From: a virus
Lineage: Duplodnaviria; Caudoviricetes
Virus record (IMG/VR): IMGVR_UViG_3300009702_001278
Location: 1,779-65,778 of that record
Direction: 5' to 3' (one strand)
DNA length: 64,000 bases
How positions within the stretch are numbered: position 1 is the stretch's first letter; every line of letters begins with the position of its first letter. Under the pieces are notes generated by a model. That model was not told the origin of the DNA and searched no databases. It saw only the letters and a list, made by a program, of their open reading frames with translations. The translations under genes and the position numbers were made by a program. Positions 19,297-29,100 of this stretch are shown here, piece by piece.

Positions 19297-19722
19297 TCAT
19301 TTAGTGCCAGACCATTCTTTGAACCCCTTAACTGAATACAGGATTGCTGTGACTGTCTCAACGTGAGACTTGTCACGTAATTTACCCAGATTTCCCTCAT
19401 TGAATGAAGGAGAAAAACACAGGTCTATGCCTTTAGGAGCACAGTATCCGGTGGCAATAGTAAGAGCCTTGACCGCATTATAATTCGCAAATGGACCAAC
19501 TGCTCTAACCTTGGCATAGCCATGCCGCCGCAGAGCCATAAAGACCGCAGATGCTAATTTCTTAACATGCTCTTTCTCTGCTGATTTTCTGTCAGCCTCA
19601 GTCGGCCCTCTAAATCGCCCCTTAGCAACCAAGAATCCAGGGTCATCCGTTCCGTCTCTAAAGCTGTTCTTCACTGTTTCTTCATCATGCTCCAGCATTG
19701 GAGCAGGCATTTCAGTATGCAT
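19297..19722 (-). CDS. spoVS: SpoVS family protein
   Basis: KLASAVF...VRAVGPFANYNAVKALTIATGY...GIDLCFSPSF. Confidence 0.8.
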   Translation of the reverse strand: MHTEMPAPMLEHDEETVKNSFRDGTDDPGFLVAKGRFRGPTEADRKSAEKEHVKKLASAVFMALRRHGYAKVRAVGPFANYNAVKALTIATGYCAPKGIDLCFSPSFNEGNLGKLRDKSHVETVTAILYSVKGFKEWSGTK

Positions 19723-19748
19723 AACATTCTCCCGATACAGATAACCTA

Positions 19749-20849
19749 TTATACCGTCTCTACCATTAATTGTCGAAGCTCTTCGCTGCGTACCGACTTT
19801 ATTCGAGATCGAACCTCCTTCTTGTCAATATCCAACGTTGATGCAATATCATCTACCGTATAGCCAGTTGCAATAAGTTTTAGTATTTCCTGATCTGTTT
19901 CATCTTTGATGAAGTACTCAATAATACCGAATGCACTCTCGAACGACATCGGCACATCACCAGATTTGATATCATCATAGTCGATAGACTCGAACGGACT
20001 CGATACTCTATGGTCCCGGTCTATATGATCCTGCAAAACACCTTTCTGTTCTTTGCCCACGGGCCGGTGTAAATCATAGACTTCTGACTGAATTAAGGTA
20101 CAAGGATATTTCTCGGTAAATGTCGGGTAAGTCATCGGAGTGGCATATCGACTATATTCGATTGGCAAAGACCGGATATATTCCTCATCAATCTGTGGCA
20201 CGATTCGCTTCGTGAACGGGCAGAGTACACCTTTATTACCGTCATCTAGTTTCCACGGCCAACGAATACGACGCTTGCAATCGGCAAATGCTTTCACATC
20301 ACCTTCCTTAAGAGCACCAAGTTTTGCGTTTGTCTTCTCTCCCCAAATAACTGCATAGACTCTAGGTGAACTGGTTACCTCATAGATGTCACCCTTCCAA
20401 ACCATGAACTTGGGTAGATCACTGATGGTTTTGAAATGCTGGAGGTGCTTCTCATCTATGCGACCAACCATCCGGTTACAAACTGGACACTGAACCGCAG
20501 GACGACGTTTTATTCGGAAAGCAGAGGTCTTGATGTTGGATTTCCAGTTCGATAGAATCTTGTAAAAAAGCCCGTTGAACGCACCTAGCGAGCCGTACCC
20601 CTTCGACTTTTGCAAACTGGCGGCAGTCGAGGCTTTGAACGTATTAACGGCCACAGATAACTTGTAATCAAAATCAGATTCAAAGGTCATCCTGTCCATA
20701 TAGTCGTCCAACTGAGCAAACCAGTGATCTTTGTAATTATCATAATAAAACTGTATGGGGAGGTAATCTTTGCCGTCACGAGTTTTCTGGTACAATATAA
20801 CTTGTTCCGTTACTGGTCTCCCATTAAGACAATAGTGTAGTTTTGACAT
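19749..20849 (-). CDS. sigma-70-like factor with internal CxxC insertion
   Basis: Region-2-like FNGLFYKILSN and C-terminal region-4 HTH (EILKLIATGYTVDDIASTLDI). Confidence 0.55.
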   Translation of the reverse strand: MSKLHYCLNGRPVTEQVILYQKTRDGKDYLPIQFYYDNYKDHWFAQLDDYMDRMTFESDFDYKLSVAVNTFKASTAASLQKSKGYGSLGAFNGLFYKILSNWKSNIKTSAFRIKRRPAVQCPVCNRMVGRIDEKHLQHFKTISDLPKFMVWKGDIYEVTSSPRVYAVIWGEKTNAKLGALKEGDVKAFADCKRRIRWPWKLDDGNKGVLCPFTKRIVPQIDEEYIRSLPIEYSRYATPMTYPTFTEKYPCTLIQSEVYDLHRPVGKEQKGVLQDHIDRDHRVSSPFESIDYDDIKSGDVPMSFESAFGIIEYFIKDETDQEILKLIATGYTVDDIASTLDIDKKEVRSRIKSVRSEELRQLMVETV

Positions 20850-20858
20850 ATCCTCCTC

Positions 20859-21737
20859 CTATTTCACGCCATTCCAGCAATGACCTCGGTATTTGCATTC
20901 CAAGCATTTCTTATGCCCACGAGAGTCATAACCTCTAGGTGGTAATACGTGCTGCCCCTGCGAGTTCGTATTGGTGACTTGGTATCTTAGTCTTATAGCT
21001 TCTTCTCGCTTGACAGCTATCATAGCATCGTCGCGCAGTACCAAAAACTCTTTTACAGCCTGATTGGCTTTGTTCTCGTACACAAACTTGCCAAACTTTA
21101 GGCCACTCAAATAGAGGTATACTTGCATCTGCGTTTTATGTTCAGTCTTGGGTTTCTCCAATCCCTTAAACTCAAAAGGATTCATCGTCTTGAAGTCGAT
21201 CAGGAAATACCTTTCGTCGTCAGGTAATGCAGCGATATCCTTGTATTCGCCCAACTTCTTGTAGGGCCATTTAGTGATGTCAATAATGGCATCAACATGC
21301 CCGCCCCACCAAGTTTCATCATCTCTGAAACCGACTTCTGCATATTGGAATTTGGTTGATCCGCATTCACATTTCGATGGCTTGGTACATCCGAATTTTG
21401 TCTCCGTACCAAACAACTTAGGTTCTGGATGTGCAGACCAATTAATACAGGTCCATCTACCCAACAAGGCATCAACAGCCGTGCCCATTAAGTAGTCTCG
21501 CCATCGATCATGAGTATAATGACCATTGTCAAATATTCGTTCTAACTGACTGTTAAGCTTGAGGGCAGACTCGTCTATATTTATAGCCCCCTTGGATTCA
21601 TAATAGGAGTAAGCCACCTTGCGATGGCAGTCTTCCCAGCTACTCGCATGAAAATATGAGTAATCACGGTCGTTTGCTTTGGCTCGGTCAAGTAAATGGC
21701 TGTTGACTGCCTTTAGAACGTTGATATTAACTGACAT
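20859..21737 (-). CDS. Cas4-like / PD-(D/E)XK exonuclease
   Basis: N-terminal Cys, GHVDA, IDFKT, QMQVY, C-terminal CLECKYRGHC. Confidence 0.8.
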   Translation of the reverse strand: MSVNINVLKAVNSHLLDRAKANDRDYSYFHASSWEDCHRKVAYSYYESKGAINIDESALKLNSQLERIFDNGHYTHDRWRDYLMGTAVDALLGRWTCINWSAHPEPKLFGTETKFGCTKPSKCECGSTKFQYAEVGFRDDETWWGGHVDAIIDITKWPYKKLGEYKDIAALPDDERYFLIDFKTMNPFEFKGLEKPKTEHKTQMQVYLYLSGLKFGKFVYENKANQAVKEFLVLRDDAMIAVKREEAIRLRYQVTNTNSQGQHVLPPRGYDSRGHKKCLECKYRGHCWNGVK

Positions 21738-22498
21738 TGTTTGTCTCTCATTTTCATCAGAGCATCACGGATCATCGTTTTGATAACCTGAATACCGTGC
21801 GTTTTAATATGTTCATCTGGGTCCATACCATCTGGGAGAAGTACCGGACTGAATTTATAAGCCAGTCCAGTACCGACCGAGACTCTTTCTAATTCGCCCA
21901 TAGAATCACACATAGCGTAACCTTTCGGTATGGCTTTTTGCATAATCTTCTCGGTACCACTCTGCCCTGCCTTATTGGGATCAGAATCCAGAACTACAAT
22001 AATTTCATCACAATAGCGATGAATCATGGCAAGTTGCACATCACTCAAATTAGTACAACATAGGGCTATTACGTTTTTGACTCCGTGATTATGGAATTGC
22101 AATGCATCAACCTGCCCTTCAACCACAACTACAAAGCGCCAATGGCGCATATAATCCTTCGCCTTGTCAATTCCGTACAGGTAAAAAGATTTTTCATAAT
22201 GCTCATGCCAATGGTCAGGAAGCTGCGAGTCTCCGATCCCAATATGCCGGGACATCAAAGTGATTAGGTTACCGCTCGGATCGTATAGAGGAAAAATTAT
22301 ACGCCCCGCAAGTTGATGACGAACATCGTGTGGTATGAAACCTAATCCAAACTCTCTGATGACCCTTTCCGATAGGCGGCGCTGCTCCCGTAGATACGAC
22401 AATCCGGGGCGGCCTTCCTGCAACCAAATGCATTTTTGCGATTTGGCTAAAAGCTCCACCCTTTCGGCGTCACTAAATCTGCTCTTAAATTTCACCAT
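21713..22498 (-). CDS. dnaG: DNA primase, catalytic/TOPRIM part (no zinc finger)
   Basis: GRIIFP, LYG, VVEGQVD, DSD..AG, DPDE. Confidence 0.85.
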   Translation of the reverse strand: MVKFKSRFSDAERVELLAKSQKCIWLQEGRPGLSYLREQRRLSERVIREFGLGFIPHDVRHQLAGRIIFPLYDPSGNLITLMSRHIGIGDSQLPDHWHEHYEKSFYLYGIDKAKDYMRHWRFVVVVEGQVDALQFHNHGVKNVIALCCTNLSDVQLAMIHRYCDEIIVVLDSDPNKAGQSGTEKIMQKAIPKGYAMCDSMGELERVSVGTGLAYKFSPVLLPDGMDPDEHIKTHGIQVIKTMIRDALMKMRDKQCQLISTF

Positions 22499-23726
22499 CT
22501 ATATCTAAGTCCGTTTGAGGGACTTTCTTTGCTGATTTCTTCTTCGGAGTAGCCTTATTCTTTGGCTTCGCACTATAGGTCGATGCCAGTTCCTCAATAG
22601 CAAGTGGAACTCTGACAGGCTGCTTCTTCTTCGTGTTCTTTTCGCTCTTGGCTGCTTCAACGCAGCACGCAGCTAGATGGGCTTCAAGTTGCTGCTCTCG
22701 AATGGCCGCTAAGAAGTCCGCTTCACCTTCTATTCTGAGTATTATATCGTCATTCTGCTTCCAAGTCAAGACTCCGTTTCGGATAGTTACTGCCTGAAGA
22801 GCGCGAGCCAAATCATAAGCCTTTTTAGCATCATCTGGGTTGTACTCAACATAATAGATGGGTATCTCAATAGACACGTTCGGCGGTACAGGAGGTGCCA
22901 TTCTATTTTTCACAATCGTACAGCGAGCATAATGGCCTATGAGTTGATCGTGACCTTCCTCATCCTTCACAAAGACTTGTCCTGTCGCACCATTCTTCTT
23001 TTCAACGCTAACTCGCTGGTGAGCAAAAAACTTAAGTGCGCGTCCACCAGGAGTATGGAATCGATCCTGATAGTATTCCCCCGGCTTCTCACGAAGTTGG
23101 TTGATGAAGATAACCGTGGTTTGCGTCTGTGCAGCAGCCTGAGCAATCTTGCCTAACATCTGAGACATACTTCTTGCTATCTCTGCCATCCCTGCTTTGT
23201 TCGGATCAAAATCTTCTGACAGGACTCTTTCTGGGATCAGCCCTGCCACCGAGTCCAGTACAACCACGCCATAGATATTTGCACAGATGGATCGGTAAAC
23301 CATTTCCAGAATTTCATTGACATTCATCAACTCAAATGAATCGTCATCCTCTTTCGTATTCTTCACGAGCGGAGGAAGAAATAACTTTGTCGGGTCCATG
23401 CCGTTGATTTCAGAAAGAGCATAACTGAATGCCCGTTCCGTATCAAACCATGCACATAGATCACCGGTCTTTTGAGCATTAGCAACAACCCTCATAGCCA
23501 TCGATGTTTTACCACTGCCCTCAGACCCCATCAGTTCCACAATACATCCCTTAGCTAACCCTCTTGCTCCTTTAGTCAGCAATACATCAAGATCATCGTG
23601 ACCTGTTGGGATAGCCTGAAGCTCAATCGTGGCAAGACCTTTCGTTTTGTAGTTTTCACCAAAACGTGCGGTCAGTTTCTTCAGAACAGTTTCCAGTATT
23701 TTGTCTGATACTTTGCGTGTAGCCAT
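22485..23726 (-). CDS. recA: RecA/UvsX recombinase
   Basis: GSEGSGKT, VVLDSVAGL, IFINQLREK, TPGGRALKF, VKNRMAPP. Confidence 0.92.
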   Translation of the reverse strand: MATRKVSDKILETVLKKLTARFGENYKTKGLATIELQAIPTGHDDLDVLLTKGARGLAKGCIVELMGSEGSGKTSMAMRVVANAQKTGDLCAWFDTERAFSYALSEINGMDPTKLFLPPLVKNTKEDDDSFELMNVNEILEMVYRSICANIYGVVVLDSVAGLIPERVLSEDFDPNKAGMAEIARSMSQMLGKIAQAAAQTQTTVIFINQLREKPGEYYQDRFHTPGGRALKFFAHQRVSVEKKNGATGQVFVKDEEGHDQLIGHYARCTIVKNRMAPPVPPNVSIEIPIYYVEYNPDDAKKAYDLARALQAVTIRNGVLTWKQNDDIILRIEGEADFLAAIREQQLEAHLAACCVEAAKSEKNTKKKQPVRVPLAIEELASTYSAKPKNKATPKKKSAKKVPQTDLDIDGEI

Positions 23727-23737
23727 TTGATATCCTC

Positions 23738-23743
23738 ATTATA
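23738..23743 (-). promoter_or_regulatory. putative -10 element upstream of recA
   Basis: TATAAT directly after the terminator and before the GAGG RBS; no clear -35. Confidence 0.45.
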
Positions 23744-23750
23744 TATCGAG

Positions 23751-23781
23751 AAAAAGGGTGCGGGCTTTGTGCCCACACCCT
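23751..23781 (-). terminator. Rho-independent terminator after ssb
   Basis: AGGGTGTGGGC-ACAAA-GCCCGCACCCT hairpin followed by a T run. Confidence 0.8.
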
Positions 23782-23796
23782 CTCCGCAAGTTGTCA

Positions 23797-24465
23797 CTAC
23801 CAGTTTATGGGATCATCGCCAGCGTCGGCAAGATCGCCAATTGCACCCGAATCTGCAACAGCCTGTTGCGGAGTCGTAGCCGGTGCAGGCCCGTTCGTTG
23901 ATGCCGTGCCAAAAGCTCGGTCGATCAACTGGTTAAGCGGCGTGGCCTTGAAGACATCTTCTAAGGTGTAAAGATCACCGTTTGCCTTAATGGCTGCACG
24001 CTCTTCGTCAGAGATCGGAGCAGGACCAAGGAAGGTGGTCGTGTATTCACGATTCAAACCCTTGCCTGTTGCCTCGATAGTCCAGTTTCCACCATTCTGG
24101 CCGCCTGGATGAGACTTCGTTCTTTTTGCCCAAGAGCCAAAGTACTTAAAGATCGAGCGTCCACCGTCAAGTACCTTCACCACCTGATCTTCACGATCAA
24201 TTACGTTCATCGCATAACGATGAGAAGGCTTGAACTCCTTACCAGTATGCTCGGTCAGTATTTCGGCAGCCTTCGTCCCGTCATCCAGATCAACAACGAC
24301 TGATCGCTGCGTTTCCTGAATAAAGAACTTATAAAACTCAACTGCCTTACCTATGGGGCGAACTTCCACGGTCTTGCCGTCCTCAAAACGGATGAAACGG
24401 GTCTTACCCTTACCACTTCCACTACTTTTTCCACCAACACTGTTCCAATCAACTTCTGTAGCCAT
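23797..24465 (-). CDS. single-stranded DNA-binding protein (gp32-like)
   Basis: RYAMNVIDR...VKVL, GKGLNREY, low-complexity acidic tail ending DDPINW; adjacent to recA. Confidence 0.7.
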   Translation of the reverse strand: MATEVDWNSVGGKSSGSGKGKTRFIRFEDGKTVEVRPIGKAVEFYKFFIQETQRSVVVDLDDGTKAAEILTEHTGKEFKPSHRYAMNVIDREDQVVKVLDGGRSIFKYFGSWAKRTKSHPGGQNGGNWTIEATGKGLNREYTTTFLGPAPISDEERAAIKANGDLYTLEDVFKATPLNQLIDRAFGTASTNGPAPATTPQQAVADSGAIGDLADAGDDPINW

Positions 24466-24491
24466 TTTCTTTCTCCTATCAGATTCTATTG

Positions 24492-25724
24492 CTACCCTAA
24501 CATTGACAAATCGTCAGCCTCAACTCCAAAGGTCGTAGTCACTACGCCCTGGCCTTGTGGTGCTGAAATTCTTTCTCCTGGCCCGATACTATCAAAACCA
24601 TCGAGATCATTTACTTGCTGTGCTTTGATTTTCTCCTCTCCTGCTTGAGTTGTCCCCAGAGGCTCCTTTACTTCTAATTGCAGGCAACTCAACTGTCGGC
24701 TCAAAGATTCAGAAGCAGCCTTCAAAATATTGTCGGCGTGCTTTCCTGATTCCATAACACCTTTTAATTCCCCAATATAGTCTGCAATATCGGACATATG
24801 TTCCATTGTTAAACCATGTCTGCGGTGCGCCCCTTTCAAATCGTGATCTTTCCATAACTTAGACTCTAGTAATTCTCCCCACCGCTCCCAAATATAGAAT
24901 TGCGGGATTACCTTCAGTATGATCGTGCTCAGCCTAGATCGCCATTGGTATGACGCATCTAGCTTGTAACGAATCACGTCAGGTGAAATTACTGTTCTCT
25001 CTCCGAGGAAATGATCCGTATTCACCTCGGCTATTTCATTACGAATATCCGGCATGTCCAAGATTGGATACTTTGTAAGAACCATCTTAAGCATATGAAC
25101 TTTGTAACGATAGAACTCCTTGAAGCTCACGCTGCCATCATAGAGAGTAAACTGCGGATACTTCTGGAGACATTCCTGATAGAAATGTAACTCATCGCCT
25201 CGTAACCCTAACGGGTTTTCTTTAGTAACCTTGGGAGTAAAAACTTCATCCTCGACTACATCCTCGACTACATCCTCGACTACATCCTCAACTACATCGA
25301 GAGGATCAACACCAGAAGAGGAGTCTTCCCCTTCTTCTGGTGTTGCCTCCGACTTTACGCCGTCATCCTCAACCTCAAACTCTGCCATATCCCTTGATAC
25401 TTCAGTCTCATATTGCTTGCCACCCTCAATTAGCATTTCGTCTGGCTTAGTGTCAGACTCTTGAGGAGGTGATGTGGAGTTGCTTTCCGCTTCTTCGAGA
25501 GCAGCAGCAATTATTTCACGATGCTCATCCCCAGTCTCAGATTCCGGTTTCTTAGTCACTTCTTCCTCTACCATCATATCCTTGACGTCTTCACAACGTT
25601 CATCAAAAGACCGAGAAGACATATCGTCCGCTGCTGTGGTCCCGTAATCAGACGTATCAGACGTATCAGATTTCTCCTCCACCTCAATCACGTCAAATAG
25701 CGATGCCATTGCCTCAGCTTTCAT
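24492..25724 (-). CDS. hypothetical protein with acidic N-terminus
   Basis: 410-aa ORF with DVVE and SDT tandem repeats. Confidence 0.65.
   Translation of the reverse strand: MKAEAMASLFDVIEVEEKSDTSDTSDYGTTAADDMSSRSFDERCEDVKDMMVEEEVTKKPESETGDEHREIIAAALEEAESNSTSPPQESDTKPDEMLIEGGKQYETEVSRDMAEFEVEDDGVKSEATPEEGEDSSSGVDPLDVVEDVVEDVVEDVVEDEVFTPKVTKENPLGLRGDELHFYQECLQKYPQFTLYDGSVSFKEFYRYKVHMLKMVLTKYPILDMPDIRNEIAEVNTDHFLGERTVISPDVIRYKLDASYQWRSRLSTIILKVIPQFYIWERWGELLESKLWKDHDLKGAHRRHGLTMEHMSDIADYIGELKGVMESGKHADNILKAASESLSRQLSCLQLEVKEPLGTTQAGEEKIKAQQVNDLDGFDSIGPGERISAPQGQGVVTTTFGVEADDLSMLG
25247..25298. repeat. 12-bp in-frame tandem repeat, about 4 copies (DVVE)
   Basis: catcctcgacta units visible in the sequence. 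Confidence 0.75.
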
Positions 25725-25735
25725 TATATTTCCCT

Positions 25736-26086
25736 TTAGAGAGTATCCAAGTTATCAAGATTATCCAAACCTGCGCCTGGCTCTGGTCGAGCGTCTTTGT
25801 CAAGTTGGTCAACGAAATATGCCTTCTTGTGTGAAAGCTTGAGTTCATCCAGTACTCGGTCATGAATCTGCTGGAATTCTCTCGTAAGCACCGTCTGCCA
25901 GTTCATCACCTTCTTCTCACGCTCAGAAAGCGATTGCCAGTCAATTTCTTCGTCAATATGGTAATGAATTACGAGCGATTGGTACTTTTCAGTCGAGAGA
26001 GTTCGTTGTAACCCCAGTTGCAAGCGACCTTTACGACGTGGCTTGTCTGACGTGTTAGTATCAAGCTGTATCTTACCATTGGTCAT
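25736..26086 (-). CDS. hypothetical protein
   Basis: 116-aa ORF with AGGAG RBS. Confidence 0.65.
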   Translation of the reverse strand: MTNGKIQLDTNTSDKPRRKGRLQLGLQRTLSTEKYQSLVIHYHIDEEIDWQSLSEREKKVMNWQTVLTREFQQIHDRVLDELKLSHKKAYFVDQLDKDARPEPGAGLDNLDNLDTL

Positions 26087-26118
26087 TGGATATCTCCTAT
26101 CTCAAAAATATTACTTTG

Positions 26119-26127
26119 ATTATACAA
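26119..26127 (-). promoter_or_regulatory. putative TTGTATAAT promoter element
   Basis: Intergenic; same 9-mer recurs at 34547 and 39038. Confidence 0.5.
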
Positions 26128-26186
26128 CAGATTTGGCGAGTTTGAGCAGAAAAATCTGAAAATCCGAAAATATTTTGCACACATAT

Positions 26187-29100
26187 TTACCTAGCGAACA
26201 AATCACCCTTTTGACGCCCAAGTCCTCTCTTCCGGTCGTTTTTAATGGTGTCAAAGTCTCGGAGTAATTGAGATTTTGGCTTATCCTTACCAAATAGATT
26301 CGCATCACATAAGGCTTCAACCACTTTGCTGTTGACAGCAGAGCCAACTTTGTTTGCGAATGCAAACATCAAGTCGTTGCCTTTATATGGTTGGTTTTCG
26401 ATAATCTCGTGAGCAGCCTTATCACCAACGTCCCTAATAATGAGTGGGCGCAGCAATTCTCGCTCTCCGATCTTAACGTAATGCATCTTAGATAGATTCA
26501 AACTGGGAGGGGCAATCTTATAGTTATGCTTCCGTAAGTCATCCTCATACTTACTAACCAAATCAAAGTCTCTGCGCTGTGCCTCAACCGACAACCTCGA
26601 AGCCATAAACTCAAGCATATAGTGAGCCTTGAGGTAAGCCGTCTTCCAGCACTCGTAAGCATAACTGGTGGCATGAGAATTTCGATTGACAATACCAGAA
26701 GATAGGCAATATAAGTGGGCTTCACTATCAACTTCAAGGTCATAACATTGATTCAGTCCAGCATACTTGATACTTGTGACCCGTACTTTTTGCCAATTAG
26801 CTTGACTACTCCTCTTTCCGGGCATAACATCACCATGTTTAACAGTCGTTGAAACTCCTGGTGTTTGAATCTTTTGTGATGAGATAACCACACATCGTAA
26901 GACATTCGAACAACTAGATACCCCCATTGACAAAGCTGATCGTTTACCTCTATGTCTTTTTGTTGATTTTGTAACAACTTCGTGTTGTTTATGTGATTTA
27001 TAAAATGGTATTGCCCATCGTATTCCACAACTACCTTGCGATCCCTGTCTATAAAATCCACTTGTCTTCTTTGTGAAATGGAAGTAAATTTCTTGCTTTT
27101 GATGATTTGTGAATGCTTGAAACCAAGAGGGCATAAAACATCCTTTAGATACAACTCGGGGGCTGAGTGCCATTGATTTTGCCTCATTGCGGGCAAAACG
27201 CATTTGATTATAAAATCCTCTGGATTTTCTACCCGCCATTTCCTGAGTTGTTCTGTCCTCGCCTTCAATATTTCTGGTCGAGCAGATGTTTCGATAGCGG
27301 TTTCCACCCTGTTTTTCTGGAACAGAGATTTGTGAGTCACGTTGAGTTTCTTCATCAAACAGGAACGCCGATGAATTTCTTCTTCGTTGGATAAGATCGC
27401 CGCAGATACCGAGGATGACACTGTTTTCTTGTATTCCGCGAGCCTTTCTGGGTCTTTTTTGATTTCCTCCCAGAATTTTCTTGATATTTTTCCGTTCGAT
27501 TCCGAATAATGATGAGACTTTATTACCTCCCATTGTTGACACTGCTTCTTGTGAGAATAAAGCTCTCGCTTCGTGAATTTTTGCTCGCAACCTGGACAAA
27601 CAAAAGTCTTTTTGCTCAGTTTGTATTCTTCGCATTTTCTCTTGTGTTCTATAAACACTCTTCGGTTCGGCAACACCTCCTGACATCCCAGGCAAATCCA
27701 ATCTTTCCTTTTTGGCATTTTTTATCTCCCAATTTTGCATAACAAACAAATTGCGTTCTACAATTTCACGAAGAGATCGTATGCCTTGATTAGTCATAAA
27801 CTTATGATCTAAAGTACATACATGTTTACTACCGTCACTAAATTCGACTTCCCACGTTGGTATCACACCATGATCATATACATCTACAATCTCAATTGGA
27901 TCACCTTCAGGTGAATAAACATCAGGCAAAGATTCTCCGCTTCTCTTTCTATTATACAATTCTTGGATAGAAATGTCATTTTCCGAGGTTATGATTTTTT
28001 CCGAAAAGGACAGTGACTTGTTGAAAGCATAACCACCAAACTTCTCCATATCATCCCAAATCTTCTTGGCAACCCCGGAGGGAACGCCCGTCTCGATGGC
28101 GGCTCGTAGGAACTGATCCTTGAAGTTGTTGATGATCTTGATTTTCTTCTTAGCACAACCTTTCATAAACATGTAACCATCAGAAGCGGTCAAGTCTGCC
28201 AGTGCCATGAATGCCTGCATGACCTGTTCTTGATAGGCCATAATACCATAGGTTCTCTGGGTGATCTTCCGCAGCAACGGGTGGGGGAATTCAACCTTAT
28301 GTTTTCCTGTCTTCCTATCGGACAACTCAGGGATATAATCCTTGGGGCCTGGCCTGTACATCGCAATAGCAACAATCAAGTCATCAAATGAATCAATGCC
28401 GATTTGCTGGAAGGTCTGCTTCATTCCTGTTTTTTCAGCTTGGAAACACCCGTCAGTATCACCCTTAGCTAACAAGGTGAGCGTTGAATTATCTTTCAAA
28501 GGTAACCGAGACAGGTCAACATCAACACCGTGGTTTTCCTTCACAAGTTTGACTGCCATCGCCAACGCAGTCTTCGTAGACAGACCTAGCACATCAAACT
28601 TAATAAGACCAAGCGACTCGACATCTTCCTTCGAGAATTGCGTTGCTACTGTCTTCTTGGACCAGTCATCATCTGTTGCACCATGTGTAATATGGAGTGG
28701 GCAAATTTGCTCAAGCGGAATTGGAGAAATAATCACTCCTGCTGCATGGCAATTATGGACAAGAATATCCTGAGCGATGAAGTTGGGCTCGTTTTGATAG
28801 AAGTCATCACGATCTTTGAATGTAATGTCCCAAACTTCCTGTTCTTCTAGAGGTTCTATACTTTCAATGGTATGACATTTTATTACTGAGTAGACCTTAT
28901 ATTTTTGAGGATTTTTTCTGATTTCCTCAAATTCTACACAACCTTGATCTGTAAATATCAGGTGCTCATCCGTAACCTTGATCCAAGTCCCCTTAGATAA
29001 CCGCATTTTGTAGCACTTTTTAATACCCGTGCAATGAGGATGGAAATCTGACGTATACAGTTCTTTTCCTACTTTATCTATGTATGCAACTTTGCAAGTA

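Noticed and set aside
20859-21737. CRISPR-Cas system
   Set aside because: Solo Cas4-like nuclease in a recombination cluster; no repeat-spacer array or other cas genes seen
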